Source: Utricularia gibba
Taxonomy: Eukaryota; Plantae; Magnoliophyta
Direction of reading: 5' to 3'
Length of the DNA stretch: 64,000 bases
NCBI GenBank assembly: GCA_002189035.1
Contig: CM007991.1
Location: 3,906,001-3,970,000 of the forward strand
Below are positions 36,561-48,530 of this stretch, in pieces. The translations under genes and the position numbers were made by a program. Numbering within the stretch: the stretch's first letter is position 1; every line of letters starts with the position of its first letter. Below the pieces are notes generated by a model that had not been told where the DNA came from, did not search any database, and saw only the letters and a list, made by a program, of their open reading frames with translations.

Positions 36561-38737
36561 TCAAGGTTGGCGATCCCAAAGATCTGATCTTCGGAGCCAC
36601 AAAAAGCTGGAAGCGAGAAGCCGTGACCTGTAATCACTAATTGCAACAAGTGCACGGGCTGCTTGGTGGGTGGTCAAAATTCTCTGAAGCCGATGTAGCG
36701 TCTGCTGCCTAAGAAGATCTGCCTGTGATCCAACGTGAATCCAGGTACTTCAGAACCAGCGTCACCACAGTATTTGTCGTCAGAGTTGCCCGTTAATGAA
36801 GAGTACCTGATGAAGGAAGCTTTCCAGAATGGCAAGCTTGCTCATTGCGGTAGCCATCTGCTCCATGTAGCTTACAACACTTCCGGAGGTGCTGAGACCA
36901 CTGTGTGAGTCCAGCGTTGACGAAAGCGTCTCCATGATCGACTGCTGCAGAGCTTCCATTCCCTGGGATAGCGCATCTTCAGCCTGATGAGAGGACTGTT
37001 GCAGATCACACATCCCACAAGTTGTTGCTCCGTTAAAGGCTCAATCTCCTTCCCAATGATCTGTGGCACGGAGCATTGTGGTTATGGTTAAAGAGTGTGA
37101 AGAGTGAGAAAGGACAAATGCAATCACCTTGAGAATTTCTGAGCAGCGAAATCCTCCTAACCACATGAAGCATCTTTCAGCTGGAGTCTTCCACATTCCA
37201 GAAAGCATATGAAATACATCATATTTTGCACCGATGCTCTTCAGATGGAACAGTTCGTCGTAATGAGACATGACACATTCCAGAGCAAGGCGAAGTTGGC
37301 TCTCTGTAGATTGAGATTTTAACGCCCTTCTCAGGTTTCCAATCAGTCGGCTATGTTCATCAGACCATGTTGCATAACTGAGATCAAATACTGCACATCC
37401 CCCTGTTCAATTCGTTCTGCTGATCATATATGATAAAACAACAGGAATTCGTGTTGAAATGGCAATTGAAGTATCACTTACCATTTCCAGTCACAGAATT
37501 ATCCACATTCCTTGACAGCATGAAACTCTGCATTTCAATACAAAGTTGAAACGAATTACACACACCAAACGAACTTCCAAAAGAGAATTCAATTATGAAC
37601 ATGTCCTTCACCTGGGGCCTCGCTGTTTTCAGCTCTTGCTCCAGCTCCTCAAGTCTCATACAACTGCTTTCAAGCTGCTGTACATACACCTAAACAGACA
37701 AGCAATCCTTATTTGAAGGTTATTATTGCACACTTTTCTCACATGTACGATCCAAAAAAGAGTATAATTCAAGCCCACATTCATATGCAACAACTTCAAT
37801 GTTTGATTATTCAGCAGGTTATTGAGCAACCTTTTTCCTCATTCGACTTTTCCTTGCAGCTTCACGATTCTGCGCAAGCCTCTTGAGTGCCTGAAAAGAG
37901 AAAGCCCCATAAACCGAATTACCATCTCAAAAAAAGAGAATCAACCAACCTTTTGGCTTCTGTCTGCCCCCTTTGTTTGGTTGAACGAGTCTGGCACATA
38001 TATGCTTCCATGACATGCAACACCCTGGAAATGGCAACCACATTGACAGAACTCTTAGAAAACACACGGAGAAGTCCAAAATTTCAAATTTATCCCCCCT
38101 AAATGTCACATTCTTCGTGGTTTAGGATAGGAACCTGGCTTTTGTCATCAGCGTCTGTCTGGTGCCCTGTGTCTGCGACCACTTTCGAGTCAACCCTCTT
38201 ACCAAATGAACGGATCCGACCACTTGTATCGAACCCTGAAGAAAGCATCTGAGCTGAAACCAGGCCCTGTTACCAATATCAAAACATTAAACATTCCTTC
38301 GTAAAAAAGTTCAAAAGAACAGGAGGTGCAAATACATTGTTGAACCTAGGCGCACTGGACTGATACTCGGTTGAATCAAAGGAAACATCGGCTGCTTTAG
38401 CACCAGAACACATTGTGCCTAACAAGAAAAAAAAAAAACTTCTAAAAGAGTGCAAGATTTCATTAAAACACAAATGAAACAGTAGAAGCCTAGTAGAAGC
38501 CTACCTGTACCTTGGTAAGCTGACCCACCAATATCTTCAAAGCATGTCCTGTTTCTAGTTTCTTCACTTCTGCACCTGCAAATAACAACAAGCAGAAGAA
38601 ATAGGCAGTATGAAGAGCCCTATCCAAAGAAAATGAAAGCAGCACCTTTGATGAAATGGTGAGGGAGTCTGAGAATCAAAATCTGAGTTTTTGTTCAGCG
38701 ACATGCCTCGCGGTGGAGATGCACTAACGCGCTGCAT
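36561..38737 (-). CDS. PAN: TGA-class bZIP (PERIANTHIA/TGA8-like) with a 1-nt frameshift at ~37014; exons 38737-38646, 38575-38511, 38418-38336, 38266-38135, 38024-37950, 37890-37831, 37689-37612, 37527-37482, 37402-37128, 37060-36807, 36722-36561
   Basis: bZIP KRLAQNREAARKSRMRKK.YVQQLE and DOG1 domain DVFHMLSGMWKTPAERCFMWLGGFR, EPLTEQQL, QAEDALSQGMEALQQS, ADLLRQQTL. The subfamily call is inferred from the N-terminal RSEETRN..F.DIG segment and gene neighbourhood. It could be a pseudogene. Confidence 0.8.
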
Positions 38738-39941
38738 TGCAATGGAAGTTGGAGAACTTCAAACAGGTAAAGTAGACGATAAAAAACAGAGAAATAAATA
38801 AACCAATCCCCTGGATGGTACCATACCTTGTCCTGGTTTTACCTCAAGTAAAACATTTCTGTACTCATTAAAACTCTACAGCATCAGAACATTCCTCTCA
38901 TAGCAAGGTGACACCACGGCGTGATCTCATGAAAGATATAACTAAGGCCCTAAGACCTCCACATTCACCTTCAACAAGCATGTAACTTTTGATAGAAGTA
39001 GCCAAATGAGCCATGCAGACTAAAAACTGCAACTTCAAAATAATAACCGAGTATTAGATTCCCTTTAATCACTCGAGGAGGAATGCAATCACAGGCCTCC
39101 ATCAAAGCTTACTCACTCTGAATTCGAATCAGAAAGTTGATGCGTAAATACACAATACCCACGGGTGAAAACTTGTCTGGTGGTGAGTTAATTTCAGGTG
39201 TGATAAGAAAGATGACCAGGCATTCTGCAATCGCATTGAAACACCCAGAATTTGATCCATCGTCGGTGATATCCATTCACCTTTGTTAGGGAAAGAGTAA
39301 GAACGGGCATTTAATGAAGATAAGATAGATACCTGCATTTCCCTGCAACAGATACCTGTCCTGACCTGACAACCGGAGAAATCTGCCGCAACACCGCCCC
39401 GTAAAGAGCCCCCTCGCCGCCTGCAACCCACATACCACACCGCCACGTGACTTGGGTTCCCTCCATGCGCCGGCACCATGCTCATAGACATTGGAGCATT
39501 TGTTTGACTAAGAATCAGATACCGTTGAAAGGCGACGGATGCGGCCAACCGAAGTCTTCGAAATGCCAAAAAGATCGGATTTGTTTACAATATCTTCTCT
39601 CTGCATTTATTCCATCAAGCATCGATACCGACACTCCCGATTCACACACTCTTAACTACTAATCCATTCATCACGATGAATCGAGCGGTTGCAGAGCTAC
39701 CGCCATTAATTTCCTTTTCCAGAAAGCAGATGGCGGCAAAAAGAAAGAGAAAGCAGAAAAAGAAAATATCCTGCAACTGCTACACACCCACCATGTGGGC
39801 CGCGTAATGGGCTTACAGTTACTACGCCAGGCCCACGTTCAAATACTTTAAATAAAAACATAATAAATAGTACATTGTAAAGAGCCCCTCATGTGATTAA
39901 TATAATTATGAGGTAACTTGCACCGCCGGTCTGCACCAATC

Positions 39942-41390
39942 TCAGCATTTATTGGGGGAGAAACCAACAAGAGAGTTGGCAAGATCGTAACTGACACGTG
40001 TCCCCTGCTGCTGTACATTTCCGATGATGCCCAGGGCGGAGGCCGTCGGCGCGAAGGCGAAGCAGAAAGTTCCCGATGAATCCACGGGGATCATGTAATT
40101 TTTCGCTGGGAGTTTCAGCTCGGCGCCTTCCGAGAAGTGAAACGAAACGGTTGGGACCTCCACGCTCTTCCTGGAACTCAAATTGTAGCAGGTATCGAAA
40201 AGAGCGACGCCGTTCGCGGACGGTAAATTCGCGGTACCTGCCTTGAAAGCGTCGCGCATCGTGTTGTACGCCGTCGTCTGCAACCTCGTCACCGCGGTTC
40301 CGGAATCGATTATCACTCCGCCGCGACCGTTTTCGTTGACGGCGAAGGTTTCGGGCGGGATTGGAAGCTGTTGACCTCCTACACTTATACCTTTCAATCC
40401 TACGAAGTAGTATGTGCTCACCTTCGGATGGTGGAGGAGGGGGGCCGTGACGGCGTCGTTTGGTATCGGGGAATTGAACTCGAGTGTCGACGCCGTGTCC
40501 GAGTCCCGGTTCACGAGGCAGTAAGAAAAGGAGGACGCCTTAATCTGCGACGGAAACGACAGAGGTCCGCCGCCTAGACCGAGTAAACCGGCGGCACCGA
40601 CGAACAATCCCTCGTTGTTGTGGCCGCAGCCGATGGCGACGTTGTCTACCTTGTCAGACCCGCCGAAGGAAATCGTCTCCGTCACGAAATCCCCGACGGT
40701 GTACGAACCGTCGCCGTAGGAAACTTCGTAGAGACAGGTATCGTTCCTGCATTCCGACACATCGAGGGACTGGCACTGCGGTGCTCCACAGGTGAGCCTG
40801 GAGAAGGAAGATGATAAACTGGGGTCGTAAATCGGATCCGCTTGTTGGTAACATTCTCCGCAAGGAGCACACTGAATCCAGTTCACATCACTTCCGGTAT
40901 CCAGCACCAAGTACGACGGCGTCGGCGGATTCCCGATTCCGACACGGCAGAAGTACTCCCCACTACCCTGGCTCGTCCCGGACGTCACCGGCCCCTGTAG
41001 CTTCTCATCCATGATTCCAGAATCCAAAGGCTCTAGATCTGCCTTCGTAATCCCCAAAGTCGCCAGATCTACACGCGTCTGAATCGCCTCAACCCTCGCC
41101 GAGTCACGTGCGAGTCGCGATAAGGTCAGTCCCCTGTAATCCTTCGCCAAGCTCCCCCGGACGGAATGCCGAGAATGCAGCGAGAATCGAAGGCCAGAAT
41201 CTGAAAACTCTTCGACATTATTACCTCGGTGGTGCCTCCTCCCAAGCGCCTCAGCAGAGAACAATCTCTCCGTCGCGGAGAGGGCGGAGGAAACATGGAG
41301 AACGGTTGATTCGGGTCCCCGGTGCGTTCTCCCAAGAGCAGAGACCACAGAAATGGCGAGAACCGCGAGGAAGATGACGATCTTACCCAT
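39942..41390 (-). CDS. Secreted A1-family aspartic protease (ASPG1/At1g25510-like), intronless, 482 aa
   Basis: Signal peptide MGKIVIFLAVLAISVVSALG, SGTSQGSGEYF, catalytic DTGS and DSGT, and IIGNVQQQGTRVSYDL. Confidence 0.95.
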   Translation of the reverse strand: MGKIVIFLAVLAISVVSALGRTHRGPESTVLHVSSALSATERLFSAEALGRRHHRGNNVEEFSDSGLRFSLHSRHSVRGSLAKDYRGLTLSRLARDSARVEAIQTRVDLATLGITKADLEPLDSGIMDEKLQGPVTSGTSQGSGEYFCRVGIGNPPTPSYLVLDTGSDVNWIQCAPCGECYQQADPIYDPSLSSSFSRLTCGAPQCQSLDVSECRNDTCLYEVSYGDGSYTVGDFVTETISFGGSDKVDNVAIGCGHNNEGLFVGAAGLLGLGGGPLSFPSQIKASSFSYCLVNRDSDTASTLEFNSPIPNDAVTAPLLHHPKVSTYYFVGLKGISVGGQQLPIPPETFAVNENGRGGVIIDSGTAVTRLQTTAYNTMRDAFKAGTANLPSANGVALFDTCYNLSSRKSVEVPTVSFHFSEGAELKLPAKNYMIPVDSSGTFCFAFAPTASALGIIGNVQQQGTRVSYDLANSLVGFSPNKC

Positions 41391-42796
41391 GGGAGAAACG
41401 AAAATGCCAACGGAGTGTAGCAGACAGCGCTCAGAAATATATACCAAAGGAAGAAGACGAGGGAGTCGTAAAGGTGGGTGGGCCGGTGGACACGGAATCC
41501 GTCGTCGACGTTGTGGGGACGACAGGCCTTGAATGTGTTTAACTCGGCTGGCTCGCCGGTTCTCCAACATCACGAACCGGGCTGAACCGTGAACCCCATC
41601 CATCATCTGACATTCAATTAATGCGGTCGTGCATAATTAGTATAAATTCTAGGGCTCACTCCAATTCAAAGGTTCCTTCGTTTTGTTAAAAATGGAAATT
41701 GGGGCTTCAATCATTTATTCGTTAGTTGATGGTAGTTGAACTGGAGTTGACTTCTTTCCTCCGTAGGGCAGACAAAATAATGCGTTATATGGCTATAATG
41801 TCATCCTTATTATTTACAATGTGTTAAAACCCCTTAAATAAAGAAAAGAACCAGACCGCATAATTGAGCACCGACCCCTTGCCCTAAACAAAAGAAGCAT
41901 AACAATCCTAGTGATTCAATTGAATTTGGTCTTCGTACGGATACTTCGAATTAATTTGTTTGATTTGTGTGGGAAATGAGTGCCGAGCAATAATACAATG
42001 CATGAGATAACACTTTTTAACATATAACCAAAGTAAAGTTGAACCCACCCTCGAATCTCTGTATTTTTTTAATAGTTTTTACATCCAATAGAATATTACA
42101 TCATTCTGTATGGTTGAAGAAGCCTAAAATCAAGTGTGTATGTTGCACTCAGTTTGTATCAAATATGAAGTTCAATTCAAAGTGTATGATCCATAAAAGA
42201 AGTTACTGAATAATGATAGTAGTATTGAGTGTTGGGACTCATTTAGAAAAATGATCACTATCACTTTTTTTAACCCCATTCTAACACAAAAATGTTATAC
42301 ATAAGATGCCTTAGTTTACCATTCTTCTAATACATTCAAATGTTCCTAATTATTAGTAATGCATTAAAAAAAACCATTTCTATCCTAGGTAAATTATTAA
42401 TTTATTTATTAATTATAGCAATTTGAATTTTTGTTTGTTTTTAAACCTGCAAAGCCGGTCTGGGGTTGGGGTTCCGGACCGTTCCTTTTTCTCGGCTCGG
42501 TTTGGTTCATCCGGAGCCGTGGAGCTCGTGGACCGGTGGGAAGGCAGCAATTTATTGCGGGACTGTCGTGATGCCTGCCGTAGTGGGGGGCCCCACTTTC
42601 GGTCCGAAAGGCAAGGAGTGGGTCGGTCGGTGGTGCTTGTAATAGTGATAAATGCCTTGATATTTTTTTATCGACAAACGCATTTGTATTGTGGGTGTGT
42701 GGTTGCTGTAATCACACTGACTGCCCGGCCTTCCATGTACGTACGTACGCTAAAACCAAACTGTCAACGGTTCTGGGTTTCTGATCTGCATCTGCA

Positions 42797-45416
42797 TCAG
42801 CTTGCGTTCTGACTCGGCATCAGACCTTTAGCACGTCTGCTTTCCATCTCAAGGTCCATCAGGGATTTGGCATGCCTGTGATACCTGGTTCTCTTCGCGG
42901 CCAGAGCTGTCACAGAGCACACACAACGTTATCTAACCGGCGCCGGAAACTGTGTGAACGGGTGGGGTGAACTTACTCAGAATTTCATGGGGAAGGCCGA
43001 AGTCGTAGTCGTTTCTTCGACGCTTGATGATGCAGTATAAGGTTGCTGCCAGGAGTGAAACTGTGATCACGCATGACAGCGCTATTGCGACCTTCCCACT
43101 GGTTGATAGGCCGTGTTTCCCCCATAAAAGGGGGCAGTTTGGTAGGGAAGGAACTCCACAGAGTCCCTTGTTACCAGACAGGCTGCAAGATCATCAAGAA
43201 TCAGACGCATGAACAAACGCATTGAGTTGAGTAGAGTGTGGCGTACTTTATAGCCCCACCACGGACACCAACCGAGTAGAGTTCCTCGGGAACTGCACCA
43301 GTCAGTAAGTTGTTGTTCAGGAACCTGAAAGCGGAAGCTGTTTAGGATTGGGTTGCACAGTTTACATTTCTTAAGGTATATGATGGACAAGAACTCACAC
43401 AAGCTGCAAACTGGAGGAAACTAGGCTATCTGGTATGAAGCCTGTGAGCTTGTTGTTTGATAAATCTCTGAGTATCAGAAAGGAAAAAAGGATAAGGATG
43501 ATGACAATGGTAAACCAAGCTTTGGATGTAATCACTCAAAAAAGCTAGTCTTACAACTTCACTAGAGACATTTGAGCCAACTGATGCGGAATTGCACCTT
43601 CCAGGGAATTGGAACTCAAATTCCTGCAGACAAAGATGCTTCAAAAACACAGAAACTCTGGTGCAATGGTTCATGGGAAGATCACAGTGAACACATACAG
43701 GCTTACTAGGTTTGCCAAAAGGCCAATTTGGTCACTGATGTACCCTTTCAAGCCCTGACTTCCAAGATCTCTGGAAAAGGAGATGAATAAGATCGATGAA
43801 CCAGGAAGCGGCAGGTTTTACTGCAGCGAGTTTTCGTAACAACTAGAAAACTCATCAAAGGGGAAGGCTTACATATGTGATATCACAAGAGAAGAACCAT
43901 CCTTGCTAGGGAAGCATGTCACGCCTTCCCAGGCATCCCATGTTGCCGGAGCACACGGGTCTCCATTCCAACCCATCCGATCCGGCACACGCAGGGATGC
44001 TTTCAGAGCTTGCATTGCAGTAACTATACCATATCCAATTACAATGTCAATAATACAAGTACAGAGTCAGGGATACTAACAAAGAGAGGATACCTCTGAT
44101 AACATAACAGGAATTCATATTTCCCTGTAAAAGGATTAAAAAACGGTTTCAAATGAACACATACCCTGATCAGGATCAGTTCTGAGATCAGGAGGAACTA
44201 TTGCATAGTTCTCAAGCCCACATATCATCGGGAAACCAATCACTGCTTCCAGTCTGATGTTAATAATCGTGCTGCTCAAGTTCTTGACTAAATAACTCCA
44301 ATCGTAAGCACTGAAGCTACCAACTTCTTTGAACACATCCACTCTAGTGGCATTCTCCCCATTCACAAAAATATCGAGCACCCGCTGCCCCTCCTTGGTC
44401 ACATTTGAGTCAATCTCCGCAAAATGGAAAACTAGCAGATAATCCAGTTTCGCGTCTACAGGCAACTCATACTCCAGAGCCACATCTTCATTTCCAAAAA
44501 CCATAGTTGCCGTTTGGTACAGCTTCTGTGAGTAATAGTTTGGGGCTGTTTCAGTATTCGTTATTGGTTTTACAGCAGAAATGGATTTTATCACGACATC
44601 TCTTGAAGGGTTTCTGAATAATGCCTCAGGCTGCCACGAACGCCCAAAGAAATCAGTGTCGTTGGTGAATCCGGGACCCCATTTTTCCGCCCAAGACGAA
44701 AACCTCCCGTAATTCACGAGAACGTATTTGGTTGAATTCTTTCCCAATTCAAAGGCGTAAGCTTCTGGATCAATCTGCGTCAATTCCAGAGACCCAATAA
44801 CCGGAGAATCAGTACCGATACTGTAGAAGCATGTATCAACAATGGGCCCTTCTTGATAGAAGAAAAGATCAGAGTAAGCGCCGGTCCGGGAAACGGATTC
44901 AAGCCAAGGGGATCTCCAGGAGAACACCAAAGTTCCCTCGACGGAGACATCGAAAGACGGGGAATGTGACCGCCCATCGTAATTATCGTAGACTATGAAT
45001 GTTCGAAGCAAGTAGCGGGCACCATCGGCGATACCCGGAACAGAGTAGCAATTCTTCTTACCTGTAGAGATGGGGAAATAGCGAACGGTCTTTTCATGAC
45101 TCTGCGTAAACCTCAATGGCTCAGAAACGACTCCAATCCCGCCAGCGGAATAGTATCTGTCTGATAACCAAGTCGTGTTGAAGGAATCGGTAGAATTGAT
45201 TAAACCTCCGGAATCAATATGCAAACTGTAGTCTGCACAAGAAAGACCACACCAATAGATCCAAATGGGTGATCAACAAACAAGAGAATGTAGATTAGAG
45301 GAACAAAAACCCAGAAACAGAAACGACAGAAGATTCTTCCATAACTTACTGAAAGGGTATGCAGAAGCAGTAATCGTGAGAGACAAGACCAGCAGAAGTA
45401 GAGACAAATTTGACAT
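42797..45416 (-). CDS. RLP4: Malectin-like + LRR receptor-like protein (RLP4/At1g25570-like); exons 45416-45350, 45232-44165, 44023-43873, 43770-43699, 43623-43555, 43467-43399, 43324-43247, 43182-42977, 42906-42797
   Basis: Signal peptide, malectin-like domain, GWNGDPCAP..WDAWEGVTC, 69-78-nt single-LRR exons, a TM helix, then KRRRNDYDFGLPHE and a short tail LAAKRTRY.R..KSLM.LEMES. No kinase domain. Confidence 0.92.
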
Positions 45417-46862
45417 GGCAGAGAAAAATGACAAAAAGCCAAGACTCCAATGCCGCGGCCGTTTATTTGTTTTATCCGATGTGAAGGTACTGCAGGAAAT
45501 CAAAGGAGCCGCCGTGATTACCGCCTTCCGCCGCCCGCGTGGGGGCAAGTGAAGTAAACACCGGAACACAAATCATTTCAAAAGAGGAAGACGATTTAAT
45601 TCCGACTTTGACCAGCCGAAAAAGAAACCTTTAATCGTATTATCTTATGCTAATTAATCCCAACCGATTTTTAATTTCCATTAAATAAATTAAATTATTG
45701 ACAAAATTCGTAATTCCAATTTCCCAATTTCATACTCAAAATTAATATATATTTTGACCTCTATATATTCTATATTTGCATATTGACCCCTAAGAGCATA
45801 TTCGATGGGATAATTTTGGTATTAATAAGGGGTGTTTTTGCAAATAACCCATATACTCATATTGCCCTATTTCGCTTATAATTTTAACATTAAGTTAATT
45901 TACTCGATAAATAATTTAATTAAAATAAGAATTAATTATATATTTCTAGTTTTTAGAATAAAATTAATAAAAAAATGATTTGGTTGTAGGGTTTAAATGA
46001 TGGTTACAATATAAGAGGATTAAAAAAATCTAATTGGTTGATAAAAAAATTAAATGAAATGAAAAAGACGGAGGAGGAGGGAGCTCTGACCACCACGTGG
46101 GTCTGTCGGAGATTCATTAACTTGCTTTGGCTGCAGTTGATTTTGTTGTTGTCGTGTGGTAATTGGTCGGACTCTCACGGATTAACGGCTGCATGTTGAC
46201 TCACATGGTTATCTCCGACCAGCCGGTAGGTGGAGCCCGGGGACTCCTATTTCGGAGGTTCATGTAATGGGGCAGCCGGAGTGGAGTTCATTTGTTCCGT
46301 TGAGGAAATGTTGGGCTCCTCGGAGGAATTAATGGGCGTTGAGGGGAACCAGAACAAACATGTTTTCCTCCGCCGGGGAACCACATTTTCCGGCGTCACG
46401 AGGATGAGAGAAATGACTCAGTCAATGTGAAGATTCGCAGTGTGTGTCGTTGTTTTTCTCTTCACGAGTGCAGCCAGTGACGGCGGATTTGCATCAAAAG
46501 CTTACATATCAAGGACATGAAATATGAACTAAACGCCGTTCATGGAGACCGACACGGAACGGCGGCGCAGCCGGTTGCAGGCATGGCCGACTTCTCATTA
46601 GCAGATGAGAATACAAACAAACAAAAACACTGTTGCGCCATGGTCGCCTGTTTTTCAGCCTATCCCACCATAAGATAACATATGCCTATGTTTGGTGACG
46701 ATCCAATTGCTCTAAAGGAACTCTCGTCACCACCAGTTAACTTGATTGTGTAATTTACAAAACTACTACAAGCAAACCCTTAGTTGATCAGAACACAGCC
46801 ACACAAACAACACAAAAAAAGGTCATATAATAACTAAGTAATCCTTAAGGGAACCTGTGTTT

Positions 46863-48530
46863 TCATTTGATACTGGTATTGGTTCTTTGTCTCTTAACTG
46901 TCCCTGAACCAGACTCGTCACCATTGCATTTCTCCATGACTGATTTAAAGGCTTCTTGTATTGAAGATATAGAGAGTTGCTGCTGCCCCAGAGCTTCACT
47001 GTCTTCATCGTCATCTCGGGTTATGAACAGCACATTCTTTACTCTTCCTCCAAGAGTAGTGATTTCTGCTTTCAAGGTTTTGAGTTTCAAGGCTTTGAGA
47101 GTGCTGATCAGGTCCGGCAAGAGATCGGCTCGATCTTTGCAGCAAATGGACGTCTTGATCACCAGTTTACCTGCTTCATCTGATGCATTTTCAACAGAAA
47201 GCTCATCTACCTCAGTTGGAAATGCGCTTGTTTCAGCAATCTGTGATGTCTGCCGCTTTAACTCCTTCACATGCTGGATGACTTCTGCAAGCAATGAAGC
47301 TTTATCCGTCTGTCAAAAGCACAAAAATAACCATTATTTTTACCATCCTCCTCTTCATTAATCACCCACCATTGAAGCACACGCAGTTGCATGTTTTTTT
47401 CCTAATAAAGATGAGATTTTTGTAGAAAATACAAAATGAGTTTCGAGGATGAAACACAAATAACCATTTTCAACTCACCTCAACTGCACATCACTCATGA
47501 ATTTTGCTACAAAGCTGTATGCTTTGTTTCTTCCAGGGAATAAAGATAAGAGTTTTGGGAAAAATCGAAGCCGGGTATCGAGAATAAGCACAATGCGCAC
47601 ATTAGTCACCTTACCCAATTAACCATGAAATTACCTTACCCAAATGCGCACATTGATCTTGCTACAAAGCATTAAACCTTGTTTTCATTTCCAGGAAAAA
47701 GAAGAGATTTCTGGGGAAAATAAAAACTGGGTTTCGAGGTTCTTCGGCCAAAAGGTGTTAAATTGTAATGATCAGTGATGGGATTTGGGAATTGGAATGG
47801 AATAATTCAATTCCAAGTGAGAGAACGAACCAATCAACTGACAAGAATGCTCCTTTGTCTGTCTGTCTTTACACAAGAAATCTCTCTGAAGAAGTATTCA
47901 GTAAAGGCTTTTTCTTTCTTTTTCATCACAGCAAAAACCGGCAAGAATTTCGCATGGGAAGCTTTTTAACTGCTCCATGGTTCCTCTTTACCTTATCATG
48001 CTAGCGACACCAGCGCATCTTTCCTTTTCCTTGGAACCATCATTTTTCTTAGAGTTGTAATGCATATTAAATAGATAAAAAATGCTTACTTTTGTGGTGC
48101 TTGGCAGCAAGCTTCTGAGTTTATCAAGGTGAGTTTTGATTCTCTCGCGGCGTCTTCGTTCAGCCTCGCTGTGACTCTTTGACGCAGCAAGCGCCTTGGC
48201 ATCCATTATTTCTTGCGCGGTCATTTTCTGGAGCTCAGCATGGAGACCAAACCCACCCAAGGACTCAGAAATGAGTCTCAGATGATTCTCCGACGACCCG
48301 CCGTCATACCCAAATGGGCGCCGGGTGAATGAGCACGGCGGCGGGGGTGGCGGTGGGGAAGGGAGAAGAAACGGGTCATGGTCACGAACCGGGTTTGAGA
48401 AGTTATGAACCGGAGGAACATTCCATTGAAAAACTTCAGGGAACGCCACACCGCCCCAAACCCCAGTGTAACCATCGCCGGCGGCGTTCTGCTGCTGCAT
48501 CTGAATGTCAAAACAAGGAAACCCCAACAT
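46863..48530 (-). CDS. bHLH30: bHLH transcription factor of the TMO5/bHLH30-32 clade; exons 48530 (or 48500)-48090, 47309-46863
   Basis: LQKMTAQEIMDAKALAASKSHSEAERRRRERI..HL.KLRSLLPSTTKTDKASLLAEVIQHVKELKRQ, plus an ACT-like C-terminus. The start codon is uncertain. Confidence 0.92.

Noticed and set aside
39942-41390. Nepenthesin-like digestive enzyme interpretation
   Set aside because: The sequence and neighbourhood fit an ordinary single-copy ASPG1/At1g25510-type gene; there is no tandem expansion and the taxon is unknown.
41391-41606. 72-codon in-frame N-terminal extension of the aspartic protease ORF
   Set aside because: A clean signal peptide starts at ATG 41390, and a TATA-like TATATAT at ~41437-41443 suggests the TSS lies downstream of the upstream ATGs.
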